Source of the DNA: a virus
Virus record (IMG/VR): IMGVR_UViG_3300036791_001038
Location: 1-64,000 of that record
Reading direction: 5' to 3' (one strand)
DNA length: 64,000 nucleotides
The notes under the pieces: generated by a model
Databases searched by the model: none
Told to the model about the DNA's origin: nothing
Seen by the model: the letters and a program-made list of their open reading frames with translations, nothing else
Part shown: one piece after another, positions 26,589 to 37,153 of the stretch
Layout of the letters: each line of letters begins with the position of its first letter
How positions within the stretch are numbered: the stretch's first letter is position 1
Position numbers and translations under genes: made by a program

Positions 26589-26900
26589 ATGGCTATCGTA
26601 ACCGGAACTATCGCCATGTCCACCACGGCCGGGCTCACGGTGGTGGGCACCAGAAGCCACATGACCTACAGCGGCGGCCAGGTCACCCAAATCGGGGTTG
26701 ATGGCACCACTGGTTTGCAACATCCAGTCGGTACCTGTGTGTGGTGTGGGCAAACCAACGTCATACTGTCTTCTCACATGGATAGAGGCGGCGGTGGTCG
26801 TTATCTCTGCCTGTCCCCCACACTGGGTCCTTTCATCGATCCCAACCAGTCTGCCTTGCCCGCCAATCAAAAGGGCGCGGCGGGCTATCTGCATCGATGA
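26589..26900 (+). CDS. hypothetical virion-module protein (Cys motif)
   Basis: ORF with CVWC...YLC. Confidence 0.55.
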   Translation: MAIVTGTIAMSTTAGLTVVGTRSHMTYSGGQVTQIGVDGTTGLQHPVGTCVWCGQTNVILSSHMDRGGGGRYLCLSPTLGPFIDPNQSALPANQKGAAGYLHR

Positions 26901-27148
26901 CCACCTCGGTCACCTACTCGGAGAAGAACGGGATCATGGTCCAGGACGGCCTTGATCCGCTGGCCGGAATCAAGGATCCTGGTCCCGGTGTTTGCATCAA
27001 CTGCGGCCAGTACATCCCCAAGTTGAATCACCATTACTCGCAGTATTTCGGCTATTTCTGTCTGCCGCCCTATTTGCCCAATGGCACCGATCCTCGACCT
27101 ATTCTGGCCGTTGAAGCCACGGTCTCTATGACTGGTACCACGACTTAA
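26897..27148 (+). CDS. hypothetical protein (Cys motif)
   Basis: ATGA overlap. CINC...YFC resembles the preceding ORF. Confidence 0.6.
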   Translation: MTTSVTYSEKNGIMVQDGLDPLAGIKDPGPGVCINCGQYIPKLNHHYSQYFGYFCLPPYLPNGTDPRPILAVEATVSMTGTTT

Positions 27149-27157
27149 GGAGATCTG

Positions 27158-27478
27158 ATGGCAACTGGTAATGCTAAGCGGGCCTATCACAGCGCTCTGG
27201 TCGCCAGTGCTGTGGATACCATCACCTTGAACCAGGGTTTTGAGTTCGTGGAGATCATAAACAGAACGGGTGCAGCCGAGATCTATTACACCCTGGATGG
27301 CACCACCGCTCCCACCGTCGGAGGAGCCGACTGTTACGTCATACCTGCGGCCATAACCTCTCGCATTCGAGCCAATCCCCTGGGTAGTCGTAACACCACG
27401 GTGGTCAAGGTCACCTCCTCCGGCACCCCCAACTACACGGTGCAGGGAGCGGACAACACCATGGTGCCGTCCGGCTGA
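27158..27478 (+). CDS. beta-rich hypothetical virion protein
   Basis: AAGGAG RBS. IYYTLDGT.AP motif. Confidence 0.75.
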   Translation: MATGNAKRAYHSALVASAVDTITLNQGFEFVEIINRTGAAEIYYTLDGTTAPTVGGADCYVIPAAITSRIRANPLGSRNTTVVKVTSSGTPNYTVQGADNTMVPSG

Positions 27479-27479
27479 G

Positions 27480-27515
27480 CCTGTCACCCTAGAAGCCAGA
27501 GCGACGAAGGGGTGG
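27480..27515 (+). promoter_or_regulatory. putative late promoter motif copy 4
   Basis: CCTGTC-N20-GAAGGGGTGG. Confidence 0.65.
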
Positions 27516-27544
27516 AGGCCCCCGCGTCGAGGGAGGAATGCCCT

Positions 27545-27706
27545 ATGCCCCATCAAGTCACCACCACCAGGCCCAACACCACGCTGCCCAATGGGTTCAC
27601 CTATCCGGTGGGGTCGGTGGTCATCCTGTCCAACGAGCAGTTCGCCAAGCTCCAGGCGGGCATCTTCACCAGGGGCAACCTGACCGACGGCGGGAACGTC
27701 CCGTAA
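27545..27706 (+). CDS. small virion protein, paralog A
   Basis: GGAGG RBS. NTTLPNG..YPVG.VV.L...TRGNLTDGGN is shared with the next ORF. Confidence 0.75.
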   Translation: MPHQVTTTRPNTTLPNGFTYPVGSVVILSNEQFAKLQAGIFTRGNLTDGGNVP

Positions 27707-27708
27707 CC

Positions 27709-27882
27709 ATGGCTCGTCAGGTCACCATCGTCAAAGCCAACACCACTCTGCCCAACGGGATCGCCTATCCAGTGGGGGCGGTGGTCGTCCTCACCGACCA
27801 GCAGTGGAACATGGTCAACCCCGGCATGGTCACCCGAGGCAACCTGACCGACGGCGGCAATATCCCCACTACGTCTCAGTAG
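27709..27882 (+). CDS. small virion protein, paralog B
   Basis: Tandem paralog of 27545-27706. Confidence 0.75.
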   Translation: MARQVTIVKANTTLPNGIAYPVGAVVVLTDQQWNMVNPGMVTRGNLTDGGNIPTTSQ

Positions 27883-27903
27883 TCCCTGGTCCCAGGCTGA
27901 ATC

Positions 27904-27930
27904 GGAGGTCACCCCTCGGGGGTGGCCTTC
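27904..27930 (+). terminator. hairpin, possible terminator
   Basis: GGAGGTCACCCC-TCG-GGGGTGGCCTTC. Confidence 0.5.
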
Positions 27931-27937
27931 GTCGCGT

Positions 27938-27973
27938 CCTGTCACTCCTCCGACCAGAGCTATGAAGGGATGA
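27938..27973 (+). promoter_or_regulatory. putative late promoter motif copy 5
   Basis: CCTGTC-N20-GAAGGGATGA. Confidence 0.65.
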
Positions 27974-28008
27974 AGACCGTTCAAACTCATCTCATGGAGG
28001 ATCTCATC

Positions 28009-28551
28009 ATGTCTGGTTCGGGTGTTCTCATCGTTCGCAATATGCACGGCGGACCAACCACGTTTACTCACGAACACGATGGGATGAAGACACCCTACGA
28101 GTGGTTCGGGGCGGGCGATGTCGATGAGCGTGACATCCTCGAAGTGCCCGAGTCCATGGCCATGAGCCCCCACTTTCGCAAGGCCGTGGCACGGGGCATC
28201 TTCAAGATCGAGGAGGGCGACGAGGATGTCCTGGCCTCTATCAATCGGGCCGGGCAGCGCTGGCAGGAGCGCCAGACCGCTCGCCGGGTCGAGATCGAGG
28301 CCCAGATGGACCGCCAGGAAGACAAGTCCATGATCGTGGTGGCCTGCGTGGGTCCGGGGCCGCGGGGCTCGACGTGTGGGGCCAGCGTGTTCGAGCGGGC
28401 CAAGACCCAAGGCGGCAAGCCCCCGCTGTGCCCCAACCATGAGCATCTCTCCACCAACTTCGTGCAGGTGGAGTCCAACGAGATCCGCGATGGCAAGGCC
28501 GTCATGACCTGGGTCCAGGCCTCCAAGACGGCCGCCAACGCCATCGACTGA
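28009..28551 (+). CDS. hypothetical head-associated protein
   Basis: GGAGG RBS. C..C..PLCP.H motif. Confidence 0.7.
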   Translation: MSGSGVLIVRNMHGGPTTFTHEHDGMKTPYEWFGAGDVDERDILEVPESMAMSPHFRKAVARGIFKIEEGDEDVLASINRAGQRWQERQTARRVEIEAQMDRQEDKSMIVVACVGPGPRGSTCGASVFERAKTQGGKPPLCPNHEHLSTNFVQVESNEIRDGKAVMTWVQASKTAANAID

Positions 28552-28560
28552 AAGCGCCCC

Positions 28561-28683
28561 ATGTCCGACCAATCCGACCCGATCGAGTACGACACCACCG
28601 ACACCCCCGATCCTTATCCCGTCGAGGATCCGGCCACCCAGGTGCTGGCCGCCGATTCCATCCTGTACCCCGGTACCACCTAA
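28561..28683 (+). CDS. 40-aa acidic microprotein
   Basis: MSDQSDPIEY...PGTT* fills the gap between genes. Confidence 0.5.
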   Translation: MSDQSDPIEYDTTDTPDPYPVEDPATQVLAADSILYPGTT

Positions 28684-28691
28684 GGAGCCCC

Positions 28692-29333
28692 ATGTCTGAG
28701 CAAACCGACCAGTCCACGGCGGAGACCGAGGAGGCCCCGCCCGAGGACACCGAAGCCGAGCCCACCCAGGAAGACACCGGCCCTGACCCCGCCCTGGCCG
28801 ACAAGTTCCGGCGTGCCCGTGAGATGGGCATCACCGGGGATCCCGACGCCCCTCCCGGCTACGTGGTCGATGAGAACTTCCGGCCCAATCCCCTGGACGT
28901 AGGCACCCTCAACACCACCGAGGTCCACGGCATCTCCGCCTACGACCTGCCTCGTCACGCCGGGGTCTTCGACCCCACGGCCGTCCCCGAGAACCCCAAC
29001 CCGACCGAGGTCGAGCCGGTCCCCCAGGCGGTCGCCACCGACTACGACCCCTCGGCGCGGGCTGGGGTCCTGGCCGAGGTCACCCCTCAGGAGGACCCGT
29101 CCGCGGCCATCACCCGCCAGACTGAAGGAGTCGCGGCCGGGACGGTCGAGGATACCGGGGTCGAGGCCCAGGCCCAGACCCAGGCCCAGCCTGAGGTGGC
29201 AGAGCCCGCTCAGCCCGTTGCCAAGGCCACCAAGGCCACCAAGGCGACCAAGGCCCCATCCCCCGCCGGAACCAAGGACAGCGCCCTGGAGCCCACTCCA
29301 GAGGGCTCTGAGGGCGGACCTCGCATCCCCTGA
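28692..29333 (+). CDS. acidic low-complexity protein
   Basis: AAGGAG RBS. KAT tandem repeat near 29221-29255. Confidence 0.7.
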   Translation: MSEQTDQSTAETEEAPPEDTEAEPTQEDTGPDPALADKFRRAREMGITGDPDAPPGYVVDENFRPNPLDVGTLNTTEVHGISAYDLPRHAGVFDPTAVPENPNPTEVEPVPQAVATDYDPSARAGVLAEVTPQEDPSAAITRQTEGVAAGTVEDTGVEAQAQTQAQPEVAEPAQPVAKATKATKATKAPSPAGTKDSALEPTPEGSEGGPRIP

Positions 29334-29336
29334 CCT

Positions 29337-29993
29337 ATGCCCACCCCGTCCCCCAAGCTCGGGCTGAACATCTTCGCCCTGGCTGACACCTTCTCGACCG
29401 CCCAGTACAACGCCAACTGGAACGCGCTCGATAACTACCCCGGTCTGTTCGTCTGCACCTCGACCAGCAGACCGGCCTGGGGGGCCAACCAGAACGGCAT
29501 GCGGATCTCCGAGACCGACACCGGGCTGTTGTGGACCTGGAATGGGACGGCCTTCGTGCGGACCCATGGGATCGGCAACCTGGGCCGGGTCACTCGCACC
29601 TCCAACGTCGGCACCACCTCGACCTGGACGCCGCCCTCGACCGGCTCACCCACCTCGGCCCTGACCCAGACGGTGCATCCTCCCAATGGCGGTCGTTTGC
29701 TCATGATCGTGGCCGAGGTGCCCGAGGTGCAGAACCCCAACGGGCTCAGCTACCTGATCATCCAGCGCGACGCCACCATCTTGAACTCCTACCCGGTGTG
29801 GACCTCCCAGGAGACCGGCTCGGGTAACTCCGGCAACGCCGGGAACAAGGGCGACTTCACCACCTTCGACATCCCCAACGAGGCGTCGGCGGTGTACTCC
29901 CTGTTCTTCGCGGCGGCCACCGTCACCGGGGGCACCACCACCCTGGTGGCGGCAGCCTCCCGGCCCATCGCTTTAACCGTGATCGAGACGTAG
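29337..29993 (+). CDS. minor virion/tail protein
   Basis: N-term LGL...D.F....N.NW..LD, then a T/S/G-rich beta domain. Confidence 0.7.
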   Translation: MPTPSPKLGLNIFALADTFSTAQYNANWNALDNYPGLFVCTSTSRPAWGANQNGMRISETDTGLLWTWNGTAFVRTHGIGNLGRVTRTSNVGTTSTWTPPSTGSPTSALTQTVHPPNGGRLLMIVAEVPEVQNPNGLSYLIIQRDATILNSYPVWTSQETGSGNSGNAGNKGDFTTFDIPNEASAVYSLFFAAATVTGGTTTLVAAASRPIALTVIET

Positions 29994-30004
29994 AAAGGAT
30001 CCCT

Positions 30005-30373
30005 ATGAGTGACACCTCCGGCTCGGATCGGGTCAGTCGGGTTTGTGATGTCTGTGGGGTGGAGGACGCTCAGAGCCATCACGTCCAGCACGTCGCCTTC
30101 CTGCACCCGGTGACGAATGAGCCAACTGATCTATCGGTGTCCCGACACATCCAGTGCTGCGCCGACACCGGCTGCGAGATCTGCAGTGTCGATGTAGCCC
30201 ATGCCCAGGAGGCCGGGATCGACACCAGTGGCCCCTCCGACGAGTTCACCCAGGCCATGCAGCAAAAGGGCGATGTGCTGCTGGCCGCCTTGGCCACGGT
30301 GGGAGTGGCCAACCCGGTGGACGAGACCGCCTTTGCCGGAGAGCCCACCCCGTCCGCCGAGTCAGGAGCGTAA
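30005..30373 (+). CDS. hypothetical Zn-binding protein
   Basis: CDVC...H...RHIQCC...GC..C. Confidence 0.7.
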   Translation: MSDTSGSDRVSRVCDVCGVEDAQSHHVQHVAFLHPVTNEPTDLSVSRHIQCCADTGCEICSVDVAHAQEAGIDTSGPSDEFTQAMQQKGDVLLAALATVGVANPVDETAFAGEPTPSAESGA

Positions 30374-30376
30374 CCC

Positions 30377-30760
30377 ATGGCCAACCTGGTCCAAGTAGAA
30401 GCCAATGCCATCCTGGCCGCCAGTTCCGGCCAGGCCACCTACCTCAACGTCACCGCCCCTATCAAGGTGGCCCTGGTGACCGCCACCGGCTCGGCTCTGG
30501 CCGCCGGTACCGAGGTGACCGGCGGCAGCTATGTCCGCCAGACCATCACCTTCGCCGCCCCCTCGGGGGGTGCCATCGCCTCCAACATCGCCTTGAACTG
30601 GACTTCGATGCCCGCCTGCACCGTGACCGGTGTGGACGAGTACGACAGCACCGCCACGCCGGTTCGCAGGTGGTTCGGTAATCTAAGTGCATCAAAAACG
30701 GTGAATGCCGGTGACACGTTCTCGATTGCATCAGGAAGCTATACAAAGACGTTAAGCTAG
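30377..30760 (+). CDS. small virion structural protein (tail-fibre-associated family)
   Basis: EVTGGSY.RQ.ITF.AP...KTVNAGDTF. Related to 44982 and 45436. Confidence 0.75.
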   Translation: MANLVQVEANAILAASSGQATYLNVTAPIKVALVTATGSALAAGTEVTGGSYVRQTITFAAPSGGAIASNIALNWTSMPACTVTGVDEYDSTATPVRRWFGNLSASKTVNAGDTFSIASGSYTKTLS

Positions 30761-30769
30761 GACACCACC

Positions 30770-33700
30770 ATGTCGGTTGACCTGTTCACTGACTACTACC
30801 GGTGGACGGTCTCCTCGGGTGGTACTACCGCGCCGGTCGCGGGCACCTCCGAGACCTGGACCGTCGCCTCCTCCACGGGTGCGCCCACGGTCACCGCCGG
30901 GGTGTCACAGTTCCGCATCGTGGACGCCGCCGATCCCGGCGCGCCCCCGGAGATCATCATCGTCACCAACATCTCCGGCACCACCTGGACGGTGACCAGA
31001 GGCGGGGAGGGAGCGGCTCCCTGGGCGCATGTGGCGGGCTGGACGGCCATCCCGGTCCTCACCGCTGACGCCCTCAACACCCTGGCCAAGTTCCCGCTCG
31101 TTGACACCACCCAGACCACGGCGGCTGCCATCGAGTATGCCACCAGGGTTTCCGGTGATGCTTATCCCCGTTTCGAGATCGAGACCAGCGGGAAGTTGGT
31201 CTGGGGCACCGGTACTTATGATCCAGTAGCCAGTCCAGGTGGTGATCTGAGCTATACCACCACTGTCATGGGCGGATCGTTATCGGGTCTTGTCACCACC
31301 GCAAATCCCTGGTTGTCCACGGCCTGGGCTGGTTTTGGTTACGCCGATACTCGTACTAATGCCTGGACTGATCAGACTCAGGCCAGTACCGCTTTCTTTT
31401 CCGGTCATAATCTCGACAACGGTAACTATCGCTTCCAGATAAACAGCGACGGCGGGTTTATGTGGGGGTCCTACGACACCGCTGGCACCGTCGAAGGCAA
31501 TCCTGATGTACTCATGACCCATCGCCAGTCCGCGGCGGGTACCTATGGCAATCAGGGCCTAAATATCATGGCTGGTGACTGGCAACCTGCTGTGCCTGTC
31601 CTCTCCGTTGTGGCTCGCGGCTCAGTCATCAATAACAGCACTACTTGGCAGACCAGTTTCGGACGCCAAACCGGTGACCTGCTGCGTATACAGGATGGTT
31701 CGACCGGCAATATCTGGGCCAAGTTCGACGCCGAGGGACGCCTCAGCCTCACCCCAAACAACCCGGCTTACATCCCCTTCACTATCCAGGCGGCAGCCAG
31801 TCAGACCGGCGATCTCCTCGACATCAAGAGCAACGGTGGCGCTCTTCTATCGAGGATCGATTTGGCCGGGACCATCACCACTGGCGCTGTCGGCCTCAGA
31901 ATCCCACGCACCGATTCGGCTCCGGGTGCCCTCACCGGCCTGATCTCCTACGGTACAACCTGGGCGTTCAACTTCATTGGGGGTGCTTCGGGCACTGCCT
32001 TGACGAGTATCGCCACTTCCGACGTGGGTGGTGGGGCTGGTCTCGATCGTATCTACTTCCCCCAATACGGTCAGGTGTCAGTCGCTAACATCCTCAGTGT
32101 TGGCACGACAGGCGTCAACAGCATGGCGCAGTTTAACGTGCTATCTAGCGCTACCACCAGCGTCGGTATCGCCATCAAGCTCTTTGCCAGTCAGAGCGCT
32201 GACGCTCTCCAGATTCAAAACAGTGCCGGTACTATTCTGTCTCGGTTTGACAGCGTTGGGATGTTTAATACTCCGGGTTGGCGGCTTGCTCAGAATGCTG
32301 GGACCGCCTACTTGTTCATCCAGGACATGGTCAACTCGCGGTCACAGATTGGCTTGACTCCGGGTTCAACCACTGCTGGTGCTTTGACCGAGTTCTATTC
32401 AACTGTGGCGGTGGATGGCAACTTCAGTTTAGGTGGTATCGGCTCCTGGGGTGGTGGCTCAGGACCAATGCTATTCATGGCCAATGACACGGCTGATCCC
32501 ACCGGTAATCCCACGGGCGGGATCATCTTGTTCTACTCGTCTGGCACGCTGAAGGCCCGAGATCCAAACGGCGTTGTCACCCAAATCACTCCGGGACTCA
32601 CGCTGGGACCGGCCACGGCGGTATTAGGGCCTGACGCCTTCGGCGCAGGCTCGGTGGTGGGTTCGAGCAGCCTGTTCGCCCGGCAGGATCACCGACATGG
32701 GTTACCGGTGGCACCCACGGCCACAGGCGCGGCCTCGGGAGATCTGTCCGGCACCTATCCCGGTCCCACCGTGGCCAAGGTCAACGGCACCAGCGTCCCG
32801 GCCCTGCCCACCGCTGGTCAGGTCCTCACCGCCATCTCGGGGACCTCGGCCGCCTGGCAGGTCCCTGCGGCACCGGGGGTGAGCTTCCCGCTCACCAATG
32901 TTGCGTCGGGCAGCACCGTCGCCCAGTACCAGACGAGAGTCACTGGTGACACTCAGTATCGCTTCGTAATGTGGGCTGACGGCACCTTGTTGTGGGGACC
33001 GGGTGGCAGCGCCGGGATCGACACCTCTATCGCGCGTAGCGGTCCTGGAGCGCTGGATCTAAATCCTGGCGCGCTGGCCATCCACGGCACCGCCGTGGGC
33101 ACAAGCGCACTCAACATCGTGGCTCCAAGCGCCAGTCAGACCGCGGCTCTCTTGGCGATCTACGGCGTGTCCGGCATGTCGGCCAACCTCATTCAGACCC
33201 AGGGCACGGGTGGCGGCTTCAGCGTCTTTCCTACTGGCCAGATCTCTGGTCTCTCCGCCCAGGGACATCAGTTCTCCACCACCGCCGGATATGCCAGCAA
33301 CTTCAACGCCATCATCGCCCAGCCCGCTGCGGCCACCGACATAGCCCTGATATTGACCATGGCGGCCTCGCAGAGCGCCGACGCCCTGCGGATCCGTAAT
33401 AGCGCCTTCACCGTCCTGGCGGGCTTCAACGCCTCCGGCCAGTTCTACCTGGGGGCGGCTCCCACCTATGGGGGAGGCACCGGCCCCATGGTCTACCTGG
33501 GCAACGACACCGCCGATCCCAGTGCCAATCCCACGGGCGGAACCATCATCTACTCGGCGGCCGGAGTGCTGAAGGCTCGTACTCCTGATGGCACCGTCAC
33601 TCAGATCGCGCCCGCCGTTGGCGGTGTGTCCTTCCCGCTGTCAAACTCGGCTGCCGCGGCCACCACCGTCGAGTACCAGACCAACGTCACCGGCATTGAC

Positions 33701-36700
33701 ACCCAGTACCGCTTCAGCATCAACGCCCGAGGAGACCACTTCTGGGGGACCGGCAGCGCCGTCACCGACACCCAGCTTGGTCGCACCGGCAATGGCATTC
33801 TCAGCCTGACTGCAAGCGCTCGGGCGGTCCTCAGCGTGCAGGGTGGGATTGGCATCACCGAGCAGTCCGCCTCCGCCACCCCGCTGAACATCCAGGCCGC
33901 CGTCAGCCAGACCGGCCCACTCACGTCCTGGGCCAACTCCTCTGGCCAGGTCATCACCTGGATCGACTCCGCTGGCAACTTCAATACCTGGGTGGCGGCC
34001 GACACCGTGGCCCGCTTCAACCTCAACGCCAACGGGTCCATGTCCTGGGGTGTGGGCAACGCCGGGCGCGACACCGGCCTCTTTCGCTCGGCCGCGGGCG
34101 CGCTGGCGGTGGGCGGTAGTGCTAACGGTGTTCAGGGCTGGGACATCGGCAATCTCGGGCTCAGCGGTTCCCTGGCCGGGATCGTGGCCCACGGCTACAG
34201 CGGCACCACCGCCTTCTCCTTGGCCGGGGATGGCTCCCAGACCATCCTCAATGCCACCAATGCCGTCTATTGCCGTATCGGCGGCTCTACCAGCCTCTGG
34301 AGCGGATCCTCTGGCGGCACCAGCTTCAACAGCCCCACGGCCTGGGCCACCGCTACCCTCTCCTCCACCGTTCTGGCCGGTATCGGCATCAACTCCAGCG
34401 CCACCATCGGACTGCAAATCACCGCCAACTCCACCCAGAACGCCGACCTCATGCAGTGGCGCAACAGCACCCCGGCGGTGCTGGGTGGCATCAACAGCGC
34501 GGGACAGATGTACTTCGGAGCCAGCCCCAGCTTCGCGGGTGGCACCGGCCCCATGGTCTACCTGGGTACCGACACCGCTGACCCGTCCAGCAATCCCACG
34601 GCCGGGATCCTCCTGTTCTACTCGGCTGGGGTGCTGAAGACGCGTGATCCCAACGGTGTCGTCACCCAGATCGCCCCGGCCCTGACGACTGGGCCAGCTA
34701 CGGGGGTCATAGGACCGGATGCCTTCGGGGCAGGCTCCAGCGTGGGTAATAGCACGCTGTTCGCTCGGGGAGATCACGATCACGGTTTGCCCCCCGCACC
34801 GGTAGTCCCCACCGCTTCAACCACTGTTGCCGGTCCTCCTGCCTTCGGGGCGGCCTCAGCAGCAGGGAGCAGCCTCAACTGGTCGCGGGGCGATCACGTT
34901 CACGGGCTGCCAGCGGCACCGGCCGCGAGCTTCCCGCTCACCAATACGGCGGCCACAGGATCCACCGTTCAATATCAGACCAACGTCTCAGGTGATACCA
35001 ACTACCGCTTCCAGATCAACGCGTTTGGCTCCATGTACTGGGGACCGGGCAATGCTGCCACCGACACCCAACTGCTGCGAACGGCGGTCGGAACACTGGC
35101 GCTTTACAACGCCCTTTCGATTCAAGGCAGCGCCGCCATCGTCCCGCTACTCATCCAGGGGGCATCAGGTCAGACCGCCAATCTGTTCACCATCAGTGCC
35201 AGCAGCGGGACTCCGCTCAGTGTCAGTTCCATCGGAGCGGTCACCCTTACCGCTCAAGCCGCCGCTTCAGTCCCGCTGATCATCAAAGGGGCTGCCAGCC
35301 AGTCCGGGTCACTGATGCAGCTTCAGAACAGCACTGGCGCGCTCCTAGCCCAGTTCAGCCAGGTGGGCAACCTGGCCATCACCTCCTCGCCGTCATCCAC
35401 CGTCAGCTTGACTCCGGCCGGTGGTGGCCAGGTCGTCCTCGACCTCAACAACGGCACCAACGAGTTCTACCTGTACGCCAACGTCAGCGACGCGAATCTG
35501 TACCTGCGGGACATGAAGAATGCCAGAATGCATGTCACCTTTAGTCCTGCGGCGACCGCGGCGACGGCTCAGACCATTGTTAGCTCACAGCTTGTGGTCC
35601 AGAGCAATGTCAGCGTCAACCCTGCGGCTAGTACTGATGCGAATATCGTCATCAACAATCCTGGATATAATGGGGACAACTGGTTTACTCTCAACCGGGG
35701 TGGCGCTGGCAACGAGCGGCTAAGGATCCTGGCTGCCGGTGGTGGTAGCACCGGCCTCAACAACGTCTATACCGTAGATCGGATCAATACCGCTACCGGT
35801 CTCTTACGCGATCTGTCGTTCAGGACATCCCAGGACAATGGATCTACTTATGCCATGCAGTTCAACCTGACTGGAGGGGGTGACATAGGTATCGGTGGCA
35901 CCGGCAAGATCACCACTGCTCTCACCGAACTGATCCTGGAGGAGACCGGCGACGCGGGTGGTGCCAGTCGTCTGCATATACAGAACCGTGGAGGTCTGGC
36001 TGGCGCGCTAATCGAAAGCACCGGCAATCCCATCACCGATCTGGGCTTCAAAGCTGTCGGTGTCAACCAGGCGATCGTTCGTTTGGAGGGGCGTGCCGCG
36101 TACATCGGTGACGTAGGCAACGGCACCACCAATGGTGACCTCCAGTTGCAGCCCAACCAACAGCAGGCAGCTTGGTTCGGGATGGTTGGTTCTGGTGTCA
36201 CAGGCCGGTTCAGCCTGGGCGTCAACCCTCAAGCGGCCACCTGGGGTGGTGGCTCGGGCGGGATGCTGTACATCGGCAACAACACGGGTGATCCAAACGG
36301 CAGCGTTACTGGCGGAACCCTCCTTTTCTCCTCAGCGGGCGTACTCAAGGCCAAGACCCCGAATGGCACCGTGACGCCCCTGGCCCCTGGAGGGGCCTAC
36401 GCTCCGGTCAGCGCTGGTACGGCCCCCAACGCCAGCAATCCGGGTGCTGTGCCGCCCATGGGCCTGCTCTGGGTGGACACCAGCGTCACGGGTGCATCGT
36501 TCGTCGGCCCACCGGGGTCACCGGACATGGGGGTGAGCGCGGCTGCGGTCGATCTGAACACCTACCAGACCACCGGGGTGTACGGCCTGACCGGCACTCT
36601 CACCAACGCCCCGACCAACGTGGTCAGCCCGATCATCCTGCAAGTCACCACGGTGGGCAGCGGTACGTACATCCTGCAACAACTATCCTCGATCACCAAC

Positions 36701-37153
36701 CCGCAATGGGTCTTCACACGGGCATATGCATCGGGAGCATGGGCGGCCTGGCGATCCCCCATGGGTCCACCCGCCACCTATCTCACTGTTTTTGGTGGAT
36801 CTTTTACGACCAGCGGCACCGTTGTAACCACCCTGGGCTCTATCACCATTCCGGCTCAACCCTATGCCCAACGAGTTCGACTCTCGCTCATTCTTTCTGC
36901 TAGCCAGACGGTGGCTGCGGATGGGTTCCAGACAAATCTGGGTATCACCAGCGGTCTCTCCTCGGGCTCCATCGCTCGTTATTCGGGTGCCTTCTGGACC
37001 TCTCACTCGACTCTCGCCTACACCTTGCCCGCCAACACGGCTGATGCCACATCAGCGTTGATAAGCCGATCGGCAGGCACCGGGACCGCCACGACAGTCA
37101 ACGATGCTCGGTACAACCATGTGGATGTCGAACTCTGGCCGGTGGGGGTCTGA
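30770..37153 (+). CDS. long modular tail fibre/receptor-binding protein
   Basis: 2127 aa, G/S/T/A-rich, with several repeated modules including FAR.DH.HGLP. Confidence 0.8.
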   Translation: MSVDLFTDYYRWTVSSGGTTAPVAGTSETWTVASSTGAPTVTAGVSQFRIVDAADPGAPPEIIIVTNISGTTWTVTRGGEGAAPWAHVAGWTAIPVLTADALNTLAKFPLVDTTQTTAAAIEYATRVSGDAYPRFEIETSGKLVWGTGTYDPVASPGGDLSYTTTVMGGSLSGLVTTANPWLSTAWAGFGYADTRTNAWTDQTQASTAFFSGHNLDNGNYRFQINSDGGFMWGSYDTAGTVEGNPDVLMTHRQSAAGTYGNQGLNIMAGDWQPAVPVLSVVARGSVINNSTTWQTSFGRQTGDLLRIQDGSTGNIWAKFDAEGRLSLTPNNPAYIPFTIQAAASQTGDLLDIKSNGGALLSRIDLAGTITTGAVGLRIPRTDSAPGALTGLISYGTTWAFNFIGGASGTALTSIATSDVGGGAGLDRIYFPQYGQVSVANILSVGTTGVNSMAQFNVLSSATTSVGIAIKLFASQSADALQIQNSAGTILSRFDSVGMFNTPGWRLAQNAGTAYLFIQDMVNSRSQIGLTPGSTTAGALTEFYSTVAVDGNFSLGGIGSWGGGSGPMLFMANDTADPTGNPTGGIILFYSSGTLKARDPNGVVTQITPGLTLGPATAVLGPDAFGAGSVVGSSSLFARQDHRHGLPVAPTATGAASGDLSGTYPGPTVAKVNGTSVPALPTAGQVLTAISGTSAAWQVPAAPGVSFPLTNVASGSTVAQYQTRVTGDTQYRFVMWADGTLLWGPGGSAGIDTSIARSGPGALDLNPGALAIHGTAVGTSALNIVAPSASQTAALLAIYGVSGMSANLIQTQGTGGGFSVFPTGQISGLSAQGHQFSTTAGYASNFNAIIAQPAAATDIALILTMAASQSADALRIRNSAFTVLAGFNASGQFYLGAAPTYGGGTGPMVYLGNDTADPSANPTGGTIIYSAAGVLKARTPDGTVTQIAPAVGGVSFPLSNSAAAATTVEYQTNVTGIDTQYRFSINARGDHFWGTGSAVTDTQLGRTGNGILSLTASARAVLSVQGGIGITEQSASATPLNIQAAVSQTGPLTSWANSSGQVITWIDSAGNFNTWVAADTVARFNLNANGSMSWGVGNAGRDTGLFRSAAGALAVGGSANGVQGWDIGNLGLSGSLAGIVAHGYSGTTAFSLAGDGSQTILNATNAVYCRIGGSTSLWSGSSGGTSFNSPTAWATATLSSTVLAGIGINSSATIGLQITANSTQNADLMQWRNSTPAVLGGINSAGQMYFGASPSFAGGTGPMVYLGTDTADPSSNPTAGILLFYSAGVLKTRDPNGVVTQIAPALTTGPATGVIGPDAFGAGSSVGNSTLFARGDHDHGLPPAPVVPTASTTVAGPPAFGAASAAGSSLNWSRGDHVHGLPAAPAASFPLTNTAATGSTVQYQTNVSGDTNYRFQINAFGSMYWGPGNAATDTQLLRTAVGTLALYNALSIQGSAAIVPLLIQGASGQTANLFTISASSGTPLSVSSIGAVTLTAQAAASVPLIIKGAASQSGSLMQLQNSTGALLAQFSQVGNLAITSSPSSTVSLTPAGGGQVVLDLNNGTNEFYLYANVSDANLYLRDMKNARMHVTFSPAATAATAQTIVSSQLVVQSNVSVNPAASTDANIVINNPGYNGDNWFTLNRGGAGNERLRILAAGGGSTGLNNVYTVDRINTATGLLRDLSFRTSQDNGSTYAMQFNLTGGGDIGIGGTGKITTALTELILEETGDAGGASRLHIQNRGGLAGALIESTGNPITDLGFKAVGVNQAIVRLEGRAAYIGDVGNGTTNGDLQLQPNQQQAAWFGMVGSGVTGRFSLGVNPQAATWGGGSGGMLYIGNNTGDPNGSVTGGTLLFSSAGVLKAKTPNGTVTPLAPGGAYAPVSAGTAPNASNPGAVPPMGLLWVDTSVTGASFVGPPGSPDMGVSAAAVDLNTYQTTGVYGLTGTLTNAPTNVVSPIILQVTTVGSGTYILQQLSSITNPQWVFTRAYASGAWAAWRSPMGPPATYLTVFGGSFTTSGTVVTTLGSITIPAQPYAQRVRLSLILSASQTVAADGFQTNLGITSGLSSGSIARYSGAFWTSHSTLAYTLPANTADATSALISRSAGTGTATTVNDARYNHVDVELWPVGV

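Noticed and set aside
29221-29255. 9-bp tandem repeat encoding KAT x3-4
   Set aside because: An ordinary in-frame low-complexity linker, with no sign of phase variation.
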